From Candidatus Saccharimonadales bacterium (GTDB lineage: Bacteria > Patescibacteriota > Saccharimonadia > Saccharimonadales > UBA10212), in assembly GCA_036279215.1 (NCBI GenBank), contig DASUJO010000020.1, forward strand, positions 1 through 39,195: a stretch of 39,195 bases of DNA. Direction: 5' to 3'. The notes under the pieces are model-generated. The model made no database searches and was not told where the DNA came from. It saw only the letters and a list, made by a program, of their open reading frames with translations. A program made the position numbers and the translations under genes. Shown piece after piece: positions 1-8,027 of this stretch (positions within the stretch are counted from its first letter, which is position 1; the number at the start of each line of letters is the position of its first letter).

Positions 1-315
1 AACAATGTGTATTTAGAAATAAAATATATAGGCAAAAGACGCGTTGAGTCTCTATACCCCCTGTTAATAGAGGTATCGTTAATCAACCTGTAAGAAATAT
101 TACAAGTCGCAAAATATACATTGTGCGACACATAGTATATACACTGCTTTTCGCTTCAACTACCGCCCTGCCATTCTGAAAAATTAGTTTATAAATAATT
201 TTTTAATAATTTTAAATATCACAAACTTTCTTACCCCGCCTATATAAAATTTATTCCAATTACCCGCATGCTTATTTGTATTAAATGTTCGCAAAATGTT
301 TTATATTAATAAAAT

Positions 316-2922
316 CTATCTAAGGCGGATAGTGTGTTCTTGATCGCTAACGGCCTGAGGGCTGTGTTGGTTAACAGCAGCCTGATGCTGCATATCAGCC
401 GTAGATTTTCGGCGGCTGCGCCGGCGCCTTCTCTTTTTTGCCGGAGTTTCCGGTCTGGTGTTGGGCGATAATGAGCGCAGCAGGCCGGCGGCGGCTTTGC
501 CTGCTTTTTCATTATTAACCGGCTTGGTTTGAGGCTTAGTTGGCTGCGGGGGTTTTTGCGGCTGATTCTGCGGTTTATTCTGCTGGCCGCTGTACGCTGA
601 CGCCTTATTGGCTGCCGTATGTATGATTTTTTCAATATCGGCGCGCTGGCGGCTGTACAGGCGGCGCGACTGCTCGACGATTCTTGGCGTAAGGTCTTCA
701 ACCGGCTGCGGTAAATTTAGTGTTTTGGCGGAAAACGCCGGGGCTTTTTCGCCTTCAATCGTCATGCTGACCACAAAGTGGCGGTTGTGCTGCTGTATCA
801 GGTCGGCCGACTCAAACTGCGGTTCAAAATACTTCTGCAAAAACGGCGAATCGTCAGGACTGACGCGGAAGCTCACAATTGTGCCGACATTTCCGAATAC
901 GGCGTCGCGGACGGGTTGTTCCATTTGGGCGATGTACTGGTTGGCGATAGTCAAATTAAGGGCATATTTGCGGGCTTCACTAAGAATTACTGCGAAGCTG
1001 TCGGTGGCAAAGTTCTGGAACTCGTCGACGTACAAGTAGAATTGCCGGCGCTCGTGTTCCGGCACGTCTGCACGGCTCATAGCCGCCAGCTGGATCTTGG
1101 TAACCATCATTGCGCCTAAAATCCCTGCGTTATCTTCGCCAAGCAGCCCGCGGCTCAAATTTACTATAAGTATTTTGCCCTCGTCCATGATTTGGCGGAT
1201 GTTAAATGTACTTTTTGGCTGGCCGATAATATTACGCACCATCGGGTTAGCCGTAAACGCCCCGACTTTGTTGAGTACCGGCGCGATTGCCTCTGTGGCG
1301 AACTTATCATTCCAGGCGGCGAACTCATTAACCCAGAAGTTTCTGACCACCGGATCATCGATGTGGCTAATAACTTCTTGCCTGAAAGGTTTTTCAGTCA
1401 GCATCCTGGTAATATCAAGCAGCGTGGAATCCGGGTAGTCCAGTAGCGCCAGCAATGTATACCGAAGTATATATTCCAACCGTGGCCCCCAGCTGTCGGC
1501 AAATAAACGTTTAAGTACGCCGACCATCTCTGAGCTTATATGCCCCTTCAGTGTCGGGTCTATGACTTCAAGAGGATTAAAACCGATAGGAAATTCCCTG
1601 TCGGCCGGATTAAAATAAACGACGTCTTCCAGGCGGCGTTCGGGTATAAATTTTAATACGCTTTGGGCGTAGTCGCCGTGCGGGTCAATCACCGCGAATC
1701 CCTGGTTCCAGTAAATATCAGAAAGCGTCAGAAGTTCCAGCGAACCGGTCTTCCCTGTCCCGGTCTGACCGAGTATATAAACATGCCTGCCACGGTCTCC
1801 CCTGTAAATTCCAAATATGGTGTTGTCGCCGCGGAAGTTAGTAACGCCAAACAAACTTATAGCCGATTCATGGCCAGGCTGTGCTATAGGTACGTTGGCC
1901 GGCGGTTCGGCGGTTTTTACCGTTGCCCAGACAATATTTGGCGTTTCTACAGAGGTATGCGGCAAGTGGAATAAGCTGGCCAACTCTTCAATATTCAGGA
2001 TATAACCGCTATCGATGAAAAAGCGCGTTTGGTACTCCAGCTGTTTATCCCTGTCAAAACTGGCGCCCTTGGCGCTGAAACCATTCAAATTGGTGGTATT
2101 AAACTGCTTAAAAGCGCCAACCAGCGCCTGCATGCGAAGCCTGGCGGTGTGCTGATCGTGGCCTGCGTATAAGAACCTGACTTTTACCTGGTAGCCAAGC
2201 TTGGTGCTTTTTTGTTCAATCGCCGCAATCCGGCTTTTATCGCGCTCGGACAGCTCGGTTTCTGTCTTGCCGCCTTCGCCGGGTACTGGCGGCCTGGCCA
2301 GTGCAGCAAACGCCTGGGCGGCGTAACTTACCAGTTCCCCGCTGCCGCCTGACAGGATGCCTTGTCGGTTTCGGATACGGCTGACAACTTTAGCGGCTTT
2401 ACGGTGCCAATCATCCGGAATTGGCCGGGCCATAATTTGAATCCACATTTCTTCGTCTTCTTTATCAAGTTTAGCCAGTGTGGCGGTTATGGCAGCCAGC
2501 GGGTCTACTTCGAAACTCGGAAAAGTTTTAATCGGAATTGTCTCGTTGTCAGACAGAGTAAGCTCGGCGCTGTGTACAACTGTCTGCCGCAGATGGCGGT
2601 CGGCGTAATCGTGGTCCTGTTCATATATATGGACAGTCGGATACTGGGCATATATTTGCCCCTCCACGAATGCCTGAAGGTGCTTAGGAGTCCAGATATA
2701 AAAGCGTATCCTTTGGCCGATAGCGACAACCTCCAGGCTGATATGCTCCTGCAAGGTGCCACTAAGTTTAAGTTCTTTTTTGGGACGCAGAATACCGTGC
2801 AAGGCAGCCAGCATCTGTTCGGCAGCCAGCTCTTTCTTGTCATTCGTACGCGGCACCTCCAACATTAAAAGAATGTGGTCGTGCGCCGCCTCGACGATTT
2901 TACGCCTACCCAATAAAGCCAT
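316..2922 (-). CDS. VirD4/TraD/TrwB-like type IV coupling-protein-family P-loop ATPase; soluble (no obvious N-terminal TM); basic Q/P/K/R-rich C-terminal tail
   Basis: 868-aa ORF. Walker A 'GQTGTGKTG', 'AVIDPHGDY', Walker-B-like 'FYLYVDEFQNF' and 'ARKYALNLTIANQYIAQ' are typical of TraD/TrwB/VirD4 hexameric ATPases. The tail reads 'QQNKPQNQPQKPPQPTKPQTKP...AKKRRRRRSRRK'. Confidence 0.65.
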   Translation of the reverse strand: MALLGRRKIVEAAHDHILLMLEVPRTNDKKELAAEQMLAALHGILRPKKELKLSGTLQEHISLEVVAIGQRIRFYIWTPKHLQAFVEGQIYAQYPTVHIYEQDHDYADRHLRQTVVHSAELTLSDNETIPIKTFPSFEVDPLAAITATLAKLDKEDEEMWIQIMARPIPDDWHRKAAKVVSRIRNRQGILSGGSGELVSYAAQAFAALARPPVPGEGGKTETELSERDKSRIAAIEQKSTKLGYQVKVRFLYAGHDQHTARLRMQALVGAFKQFNTTNLNGFSAKGASFDRDKQLEYQTRFFIDSGYILNIEELASLFHLPHTSVETPNIVWATVKTAEPPANVPIAQPGHESAISLFGVTNFRGDNTIFGIYRGDRGRHVYILGQTGTGKTGSLELLTLSDIYWNQGFAVIDPHGDYAQSVLKFIPERRLEDVVYFNPADREFPIGFNPLEVIDPTLKGHISSEMVGVLKRLFADSWGPRLEYILRYTLLALLDYPDSTLLDITRMLTEKPFRQEVISHIDDPVVRNFWVNEFAAWNDKFATEAIAPVLNKVGAFTANPMVRNIIGQPKSTFNIRQIMDEGKILIVNLSRGLLGEDNAGILGAMMVTKIQLAAMSRADVPEHERRQFYLYVDEFQNFATDSFAVILSEARKYALNLTIANQYIAQMEQPVRDAVFGNVGTIVSFRVSPDDSPFLQKYFEPQFESADLIQQHNRHFVVSMTIEGEKAPAFSAKTLNLPQPVEDLTPRIVEQSRRLYSRQRADIEKIIHTAANKASAYSGQQNKPQNQPQKPPQPTKPQTKPVNNEKAGKAAAGLLRSLSPNTRPETPAKKRRRRRSRRKSTADMQHQAAVNQHSPQAVSDQEHTIRLR

Positions 2923-3016
2923 TACTTAACCATTATACATCTAGAACCGGTTGAATTACGGTTTATGGACTAAGAATTATGGATGTACTCCGCCATAATT
3001 TTTATTTCTTGATTTT

Positions 3017-4051
3017 TTATTCGGCTAAAGCGTAGGTAGCTTTGGCGACGCGTTTGAACTGCGGCTTGCCCTGCAGATTCAGAAGAATGGTGGTTTCCTT
3101 AACGTGGCGGCTTTTGAGCACGCGGCGGACGATCTCATCACGGTGCAGCGGCCCGCCTTCTTTTCGCAATACCTCGGCGATAACATCCGCGACCGTACCT
3201 TTTTTATAACCCCATTCCTTAAGAGCATAAATACCCCGCCCTATCAGGACAAAACGGGAGTCTTTAATCAATTCGTTGTGAATCGCCTGGGTTGTAACAT
3301 TCTTTCGTTTAAAATCGCTTTTCTTGATTGCTTCAGCTATTTCCGAAAAATGCATCGGTTTCTTGTTGTCATGGAGTATCACGTAAATCTTGTCGCGGAT
3401 ATTCTTGGGATTAACCATCGGCCACCTAACCAAGCCCCACCGGCCGTGCAGGTTGGCGATGTTTTTGGATATTCCGGCCAGCGCCTCGACGTTCTTGGCG
3501 TCTTCATTGCCTACCTGTTTTGCCACAGTCTCAATGTCGGTAGGTTCGCCGATTTTTTTGATGCATTCGACTATTTTTTCGACCTGTTCTCGGATTTGCT
3601 TCTCAGAGTGCTTGGCGGCTAAGCCAACGGCATGGAAGTAATGGTCATTATCTTCTATGACAGCCAGGCCCGGGCTTAAGTGAGCTAAAAACGCAACCCG
3701 CGATTGGTCAATCTTGGCGTTTTTATTAGGAAACTTTTGCGCCAATTCGCTGGTACGCGCGACATGCCCCATCTGTGATAGATGGCCGGAAAGCTGGCTC
3801 TCTACTTTTTGTATGTGGGGCAATTCCTTGCCGGTTGATTTAAGCTTTGTGATAACGGCTTTTTCCAGTTGCCTGACCCGCTCGCGGGTAATCCCCAGCA
3901 GTTCACCGATTTGCTCAAGTGTTTCCTTTCGGTCATAAAGGCCAAAACGGCGGGAAATTATCTCCCTTTCGCGCTCGCGGTCAATAGTATTCAGAACGTC
4001 TTTAATGACGTCATCAAGCTTTACCTGTTCAGCAGTACCGGCATCATCCAT
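3017..4051 (-). CDS. Sigma-70 region-4 HTH protein with C-terminal HARE-HTH domain (DNA-binding or RNAP-associated regulator candidate)
   Basis: 344-aa ORF. N-terminal 'RRFGLYDRKETLEQIGELLGITRERVRQLEKAVITKL' matches the sigma-70 region 4 HTH pattern. C-terminal 'KPMHFSEIAEAIKK...IHNELIKDSRFVLIGRGIYALKEWGY' matches the HARE-HTH pattern of RpoE/delta-type proteins. Confidence 0.6.
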   Translation of the reverse strand: MDDAGTAEQVKLDDVIKDVLNTIDREREREIISRRFGLYDRKETLEQIGELLGITRERVRQLEKAVITKLKSTGKELPHIQKVESQLSGHLSQMGHVARTSELAQKFPNKNAKIDQSRVAFLAHLSPGLAVIEDNDHYFHAVGLAAKHSEKQIREQVEKIVECIKKIGEPTDIETVAKQVGNEDAKNVEALAGISKNIANLHGRWGLVRWPMVNPKNIRDKIYVILHDNKKPMHFSEIAEAIKKSDFKRKNVTTQAIHNELIKDSRFVLIGRGIYALKEWGYKKGTVADVIAEVLRKEGGPLHRDEIVRRVLKSRHVKETTILLNLQGKPQFKRVAKATYALAE

Positions 4052-4086
4052 GCTTTTTCTACACTATTTTACAGTTTACTAAACTT

Positions 4087-4115
4087 ATTATAAAATTATT
4101 AATTTTAAAAGTCAA
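4087..4115 (-). promoter_or_regulatory. Sigma-70-type promoter TTGACT-17-TATAAT for the sigma-r4/HARE-HTH gene
   Basis: On the minus strand, TTGACT (4115-4110), a 17-nt spacer, and TATAAT (4092-4087), about 35 nt upstream of the ATG at 4051. Confidence 0.6.
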
Positions 4116-4329
4116 CTCGCTTCCCGAACAAATTTATTGTATCACCGATTAGACTGTTTTGCACAATCCGTTTATGTCTAATTTACTACGGAAGTTGTTT
4201 TACAGGGAGAGAAATATGTGGAAAAACGCTCTTTCTTACCCTGCCAAACACATCGAAAACCGGATGTCGATCGGCCAAATAGATCAAGCTCCTTCTGTTT
4301 TCTCAAGTGTTTGCCAGCTTAAGATTTCG

Positions 4330-6633
4330 CTACTGGCCGGAGGGCTTGCGGTTGGGGAAACGGCGTGGCCTAGAAGGAGATTTTTCTAATAAGTCTTTGG
4401 CCTTGGTCTCGGTGATTTTTTCCGGAGCCATATCTTTTGGCACCCGCGCATTCCTTTTCCCGTCGGTAATATATGGCCCATATGGCCCTCTTAATACCTT
4501 TATCGTACCAAAATCGGCTATGTTTTTGGCTTTGGCTGCAGCGTCCGCTTCTTTTATTATCTTGCGGGCTTCGGTTTCACTGATTCTTAGCGGGTCATGA
4601 TTTTTGATGCTGATGAACCGCTTGCCTATCTTTATATAAGGGCCATATCGGCCAATGTCCGCCGTGATTAGCTCGCCGCTGCCAGTTGTGCCCACTTCGC
4701 GCGGCAGATTGAACATCGGCAGCGCCTGTTCCAGTGTTACTTCGTCTAATTCGGTATTTTCCGGCAGCGGAGCGAATTTCGGTTTTGGCGCCGATTTATC
4801 TTTTGCATCCGGAGTCTCGCCAAGCTGCAGAACCGGCCCGTAGCGCCCGTATCGGGCGTATACCGGTTCTTTGGTTTTAGGATCCTTGCCTAATTTCCTT
4901 ACTTGCAATGTTTCTGAACGGCTGGCTTTTTGCGATTTATCTATCAGTGGGTGGAAGTGCTTATAAAATTGTTCAAGCATGGCCTGCCATTCGGTTTTTC
5001 CCATAGCGATATCGTCCAAGTCATCTTCGGCTTTGGCGGTGAATTTGTAATCCATGATGCTGGAAAAATACTTCATTAGAAAATCGGTGACGATTTCGCC
5101 CAGCTGTGTCGGGATAAGCTTGGCGCGGTCGGCGCCTACGACCGTGTCTACTTGCTTTTGGGTGATTTTACCGGCTTCCAAGATAATCTGGCGGGTTTGC
5201 CGGGTCTCGCCTTCAAGGTCTTTCTTCTCAATATATCCCCTGTCCTGAATCGTCCCGATAGTCGGTGCGTATGTGCTGGGCCGTCCGATTCCAAGTTCTT
5301 CGAGCTGCTTGACCAAGCTGGCTTCGCCGTAGCGCGCGGCTGCCCGGCTGAAAGTTTCTTCAGCCAGCATCGAGCGCAGCTTTAGCGTATCGCCCTCGTC
5401 TACCGGCGGCAGAATTTTATCTTCCTTGCCGCCGCCATACACCTTTAAAAAGCCGTCAAAGCGCAAAACCTCGCCGCGGGCGATGAAACGCTCGTCACGG
5501 CCGCTTACACTGATAGAAACTTCGGTCCTGTCGATCTGCGCCGCTGCCATCTGGCTGGCAAGCATGCGCTTCCTGATTAAATCGTAAAGCTTGTGTTCTT
5601 GGGCATCAGCTCCGGCTTTGGTTTTTCTGACATCTGTCGGCCTGATTGCTTCGTGTGCTTCCTGCGCCGATTGGCTCTTTGTTTTGTATTGCCGCGTTTG
5701 CGAGTACTTCTGGCCAAACTCAGAGACTATGTAATCATTAGCCGCCTTAACGGCTATAGGCGAGAGGTGGGTGCTATCGGTTCGCATATAAGTAATGTGG
5801 CCGTGTTCGTAAAGCCGCTGGGCCAGACGCATTGTCTGCCTGACGCCATAACCCAGCCGCCGGGCTGCTTCCTGCTGCATAGTGCTGGTCGTAAAAGGCG
5901 CTGAGGGCGAGCGGCTACCTGGTTTTTGCTCGACGGATGCCACCTTAAATTCGGCTTTCTTGGCGTGCTCAAGGTATGATTTTGCGTCGGCGCCCTGCTT
6001 TATACGGCGTTCAAGCTCGGCGGGCAGTTCTCCGCCTTTCGCATCAAATACCGCTGTGACTTTGAATTCACTGGCCGGTTTATGGGCTTGGATTTCTCTT
6101 TCACGCTCAACGATCAATCGGACTGCCACACTCTGTACCCGGCCGGCCGATAAGCCGGCTCTGACCTTTTTCCATAGTACCGGGCTAAGCTCGTAGCCGA
6201 CCAGGCGGTCTAGCACCCTTCTGGCTTGCTGGGCATCAACCAGTTTGGTATCTACAAGACGCGGATTGGATATAGCGCTGGTGATAGCCGGCTTGGTGAT
6301 TTCGTGGAATACGATGCGGGGCGTTTTGGCAGTATTCAGTCCCAGAACATTACAGACATGCCAGGCAATGGCTTCGCCTTCCCTGTCTTCATCAGTCGCT
6401 AGCCAGATTTCTTTGCCTTTGGCGGCTTTTTTTAGGCTTTTAACAACATCCTCTTTATCAGGCGATATCTGGTACTGCGGCTCAAAATTCTTTTTAATAT
6501 CAACTCCCAGCTGCTTTTTCGGCAGGTCGCGGATATGCCCGAAAGTACTTATAGTGTCGTACTCACTACCAAGGAACTGCGCCAGTGTTCTGGCTTTGGC
6601 CGGGCTCTCGACAATCACAAGGTTTTTCGCCAT
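4330..6633 (-). CDS. topA: DNA topoisomerase I
   Basis: Toprim start 'MAKNLVIVESPAKA'; active-site region 'GHITYMRTDS'; three C-terminal 'GRYGPY'-type repeats ('YGRYGPVLQLG', 'IGRYGPYIKIG', 'RGPYGPYITDG'). I prefer the ATG at 6633 over the in-frame GTG at 6642 used by the ORF track. Confidence 0.95.
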   Translation of the reverse strand: MAKNLVIVESPAKARTLAQFLGSEYDTISTFGHIRDLPKKQLGVDIKKNFEPQYQISPDKEDVVKSLKKAAKGKEIWLATDEDREGEAIAWHVCNVLGLNTAKTPRIVFHEITKPAITSAISNPRLVDTKLVDAQQARRVLDRLVGYELSPVLWKKVRAGLSAGRVQSVAVRLIVEREREIQAHKPASEFKVTAVFDAKGGELPAELERRIKQGADAKSYLEHAKKAEFKVASVEQKPGSRSPSAPFTTSTMQQEAARRLGYGVRQTMRLAQRLYEHGHITYMRTDSTHLSPIAVKAANDYIVSEFGQKYSQTRQYKTKSQSAQEAHEAIRPTDVRKTKAGADAQEHKLYDLIRKRMLASQMAAAQIDRTEVSISVSGRDERFIARGEVLRFDGFLKVYGGGKEDKILPPVDEGDTLKLRSMLAEETFSRAAARYGEASLVKQLEELGIGRPSTYAPTIGTIQDRGYIEKKDLEGETRQTRQIILEAGKITQKQVDTVVGADRAKLIPTQLGEIVTDFLMKYFSSIMDYKFTAKAEDDLDDIAMGKTEWQAMLEQFYKHFHPLIDKSQKASRSETLQVRKLGKDPKTKEPVYARYGRYGPVLQLGETPDAKDKSAPKPKFAPLPENTELDEVTLEQALPMFNLPREVGTTGSGELITADIGRYGPYIKIGKRFISIKNHDPLRISETEARKIIKEADAAAKAKNIADFGTIKVLRGPYGPYITDGKRNARVPKDMAPEKITETKAKDLLEKSPSRPRRFPNRKPSGQ

Positions 6634-6673
6634 ATAACGCACATAGTAGCATGAATGGCCGGCCGGCCGGCCG

Positions 6674-7537
6674 TTATCTAATTATCCACTGCCCGCCGCC
6701 TGCCGGGCGAATAAGCCCGCGCAGTTCCAAATCGGTCAATGCCGAGCTGACTTCTGCCGCCGGCAGGCTGCTGGCGGCTACCAGTTCTTCCTGCCCTGCG
6801 GTGCCGCCGGCAATCAGCTCGAAGAGTTTCTGCTGGCGGCCGGAACCGGCAATTCTGCTGATGGTTTTTTCTTTGGCCGGCTTGATTCCGAGCGCGAAGA
6901 AAATGTCATCGGCCGCCGTAACCGGCACGGCGCCGCTTTTTATAAGGTTATTACAGCCTTCCGATGCCGGGCTTGTAATATTACCCGGCAGGGCCATAAC
7001 AGTTTTACCCTGCTCAAGCGCGAACCTGGCAGTATGCAGGCTGCCGCTATTGCGGGCGGCTTCGGTTATCACCAGGACATCGGCTAAAGCCGCGACAATC
7101 CGATTGCGGGCGATAAAGTTTACCTTATGGATTTCCGCGCCGGCTGGATATTCGCTAACTAACGCGCCGCCGCCCTTTATAATCCGGCTGGCAAGCCAGA
7201 GGTTGGCTGCCGGCGTAATCTTATCGAGAGGTGTCGGCAGTACGGCGACTGTTAAACCGCCTGCCTCCAAAGCGGCCCTGTGAGAAAAAGAGTCAATGCC
7301 AAAAGCCAGCCCGCTGACTATAACTGCGCCGGCGCTGGCAATTTCGCCAGCTAAACGGTCTGTAATTGTCCTGCCGTAGGCGGTTGCTTTGCGGCTGCCG
7401 ACAAAAGCCACCTTTGGCCGGGCTAATATCATATCCGGTGATGCGCCCCGCCAGAACAAATTTGCTGGGCGTGGCTCCAGAGAACCTAATAACCTTGAAA
7501 CTTCTTGCCGGCTAAGCTTAAGAGTATTGACGTTCAT
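6674..7537 (-). CDS. dprA: DNA-processing protein DprA (transformation/recombination mediator)
   Basis: 287-aa ORF with 'VAFVGSRKATAYG', 'SGLAFGIDSFSHRAALEAGG' and 'ARNRIVAAL' (Rossmann-like DprA core). It has a C-terminal winged-helix-like tail. The dprA-topA synteny is common. Confidence 0.9.
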   Translation of the reverse strand: MNVNTLKLSRQEVSRLLGSLEPRPANLFWRGASPDMILARPKVAFVGSRKATAYGRTITDRLAGEIASAGAVIVSGLAFGIDSFSHRAALEAGGLTVAVLPTPLDKITPAANLWLASRIIKGGGALVSEYPAGAEIHKVNFIARNRIVAALADVLVITEAARNSGSLHTARFALEQGKTVMALPGNITSPASEGCNNLIKSGAVPVTAADDIFFALGIKPAKEKTISRIAGSGRQQKLFELIAGGTAGQEELVAASSLPAAEVSSALTDLELRGLIRPAGGGQWIIR

Positions 7538-7556
7538 AGCATAATATTATTTATTA

Positions 7557-7585
7557 TTGACTCTAAACCATTTTTTTGCTAAAAT
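7557..7585 (+). promoter_or_regulatory. Near-consensus plus-strand promoter TTGACT-17-TAAAAT with TGn extended -10, overlapped by a 6-3-6 palindrome
   Basis: TTGACT at 7557-7562, a 17-nt spacer, TG at 7577-7578 and TAAAAT at 7580-7585. The palindrome TTGCTA-AAA-TAGCAA spans 7576-7590. There is no plus-strand CDS downstream. Confidence 0.55.
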
Positions 7586-7591
7586 AGCAAT

Positions 7592-8017
7592 CCGTAAGCA
7601 TTATTTGATGCTTACCGCACCTTATACCCCCAACTAACATTATGTTAGATTGTCTAAGATAAGGCGTAAGTTGTACCCTCCACTTGCACCCTGCCTGCCC
7701 AATTTTGAGCTTTGGTAAGTAGTATATGCGGGCGATAACCGCCAGACAAATGCTAAAGTTTAAAAAGTTCAGAATTGGGCGGGAATCTTAGACAAACTAA
7801 CCCCTTTAACTCTACGGTCCCATTCAATGTGGGTAGGCTAGCGTGCTCACGCACGCGTCCCCGCTGCTTGCGGCGGGGCGGCGCTTAACCTTCGCATATT
7901 CGCAGGTTCATAGCCAGCTTTGCCGATGGTGGGGTTGAAGGGTGTATTTGAGGGATGAGCAGGTCTCGTCCCCTGAAAGAGTCTCTGGCGGTGCCCACCC
8001 CCTCCAGAGGCTCTTTT
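7592..8017 (+). ncRNA. Candidate ~425-nt structured ncRNA of unknown family
   Basis: The dprA-pth gap has no credible ORF. Hand-traced helices: 7594-7600/7609-7615, 7645-7660/7785-7800, 7694-7713/7764-7783 (20 contiguous pairs, 3 G-U), 7841-7846/7851-7856, 7859-7866/7871-7878 (GCUUGC tetraloop) and 7952-7959/7965-7972. All six wobble pairs are G-U only on the plus strand. The region is bounded by a promoter and a terminator. Confidence 0.5.
7976..8017 (+). terminator. Intrinsic terminator of the candidate ncRNA
   Basis: The stem 7978-7988/8004-8014 has 11 bp including one G-U that is valid only on the plus strand. It is followed by TTTT (8014-8017), and the A-tract at 7976-7977 can extend the pairing. 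Confidence 0.5.
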
Positions 8018-8027
8018 AGTTTGGCGC

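Noticed and set aside
306-701. 131-aa minus-strand ORF overlapping the 3' end of the VirD4-like gene in another frame
   Set aside because: It lies almost entirely inside the longer ORF that has clear ATPase motifs. Its Arg/Ser/Ala-rich translation is an alternative-frame artefact of the basic-tail coding region.
2975-3010. 8-bp hairpin AATTATGG/CCATAATT followed by a T-rich run on the plus strand, between the sigma-like and VirD4-like genes
   Set aside because: Its terminator-like polarity is for the plus strand, where no gene exists. On the minus strand, where the genes are, it lacks a U-tract. It may act weakly in both directions, but I cannot support a call.
6682-6690. DnaA-box-like TTATCCACT
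   Set aside because: It is a single 8/9 match located inside the 3' end of dprA, with no cluster and no adjacent AT-rich unwinding element.
7592-8017. Possibility that the structured dprA-pth spacer is RNase P RNA, tmRNA, a T-box leader, 6S or SRP RNA
   Set aside because: Short matches to E. coli M1 RNA as I remember it (GGTGCGGTAAG and CAGGGTGC on the minus strand, GGGTAGGCT on the plus strand) lie on opposite strands and in the wrong order. I find no GAGGAAAGUCC/ACAGAA...GGCUUA P4 pair. There is no GGGG...tRNA-like T-arm/ACCA end or tag ORF for tmRNA. There is no AGGGUGGNACCGCG box or downstream plus-strand gene for a T-box. The length does not fit 6S or SRP RNA. It is therefore kept as an unknown-family candidate rather than assigned.
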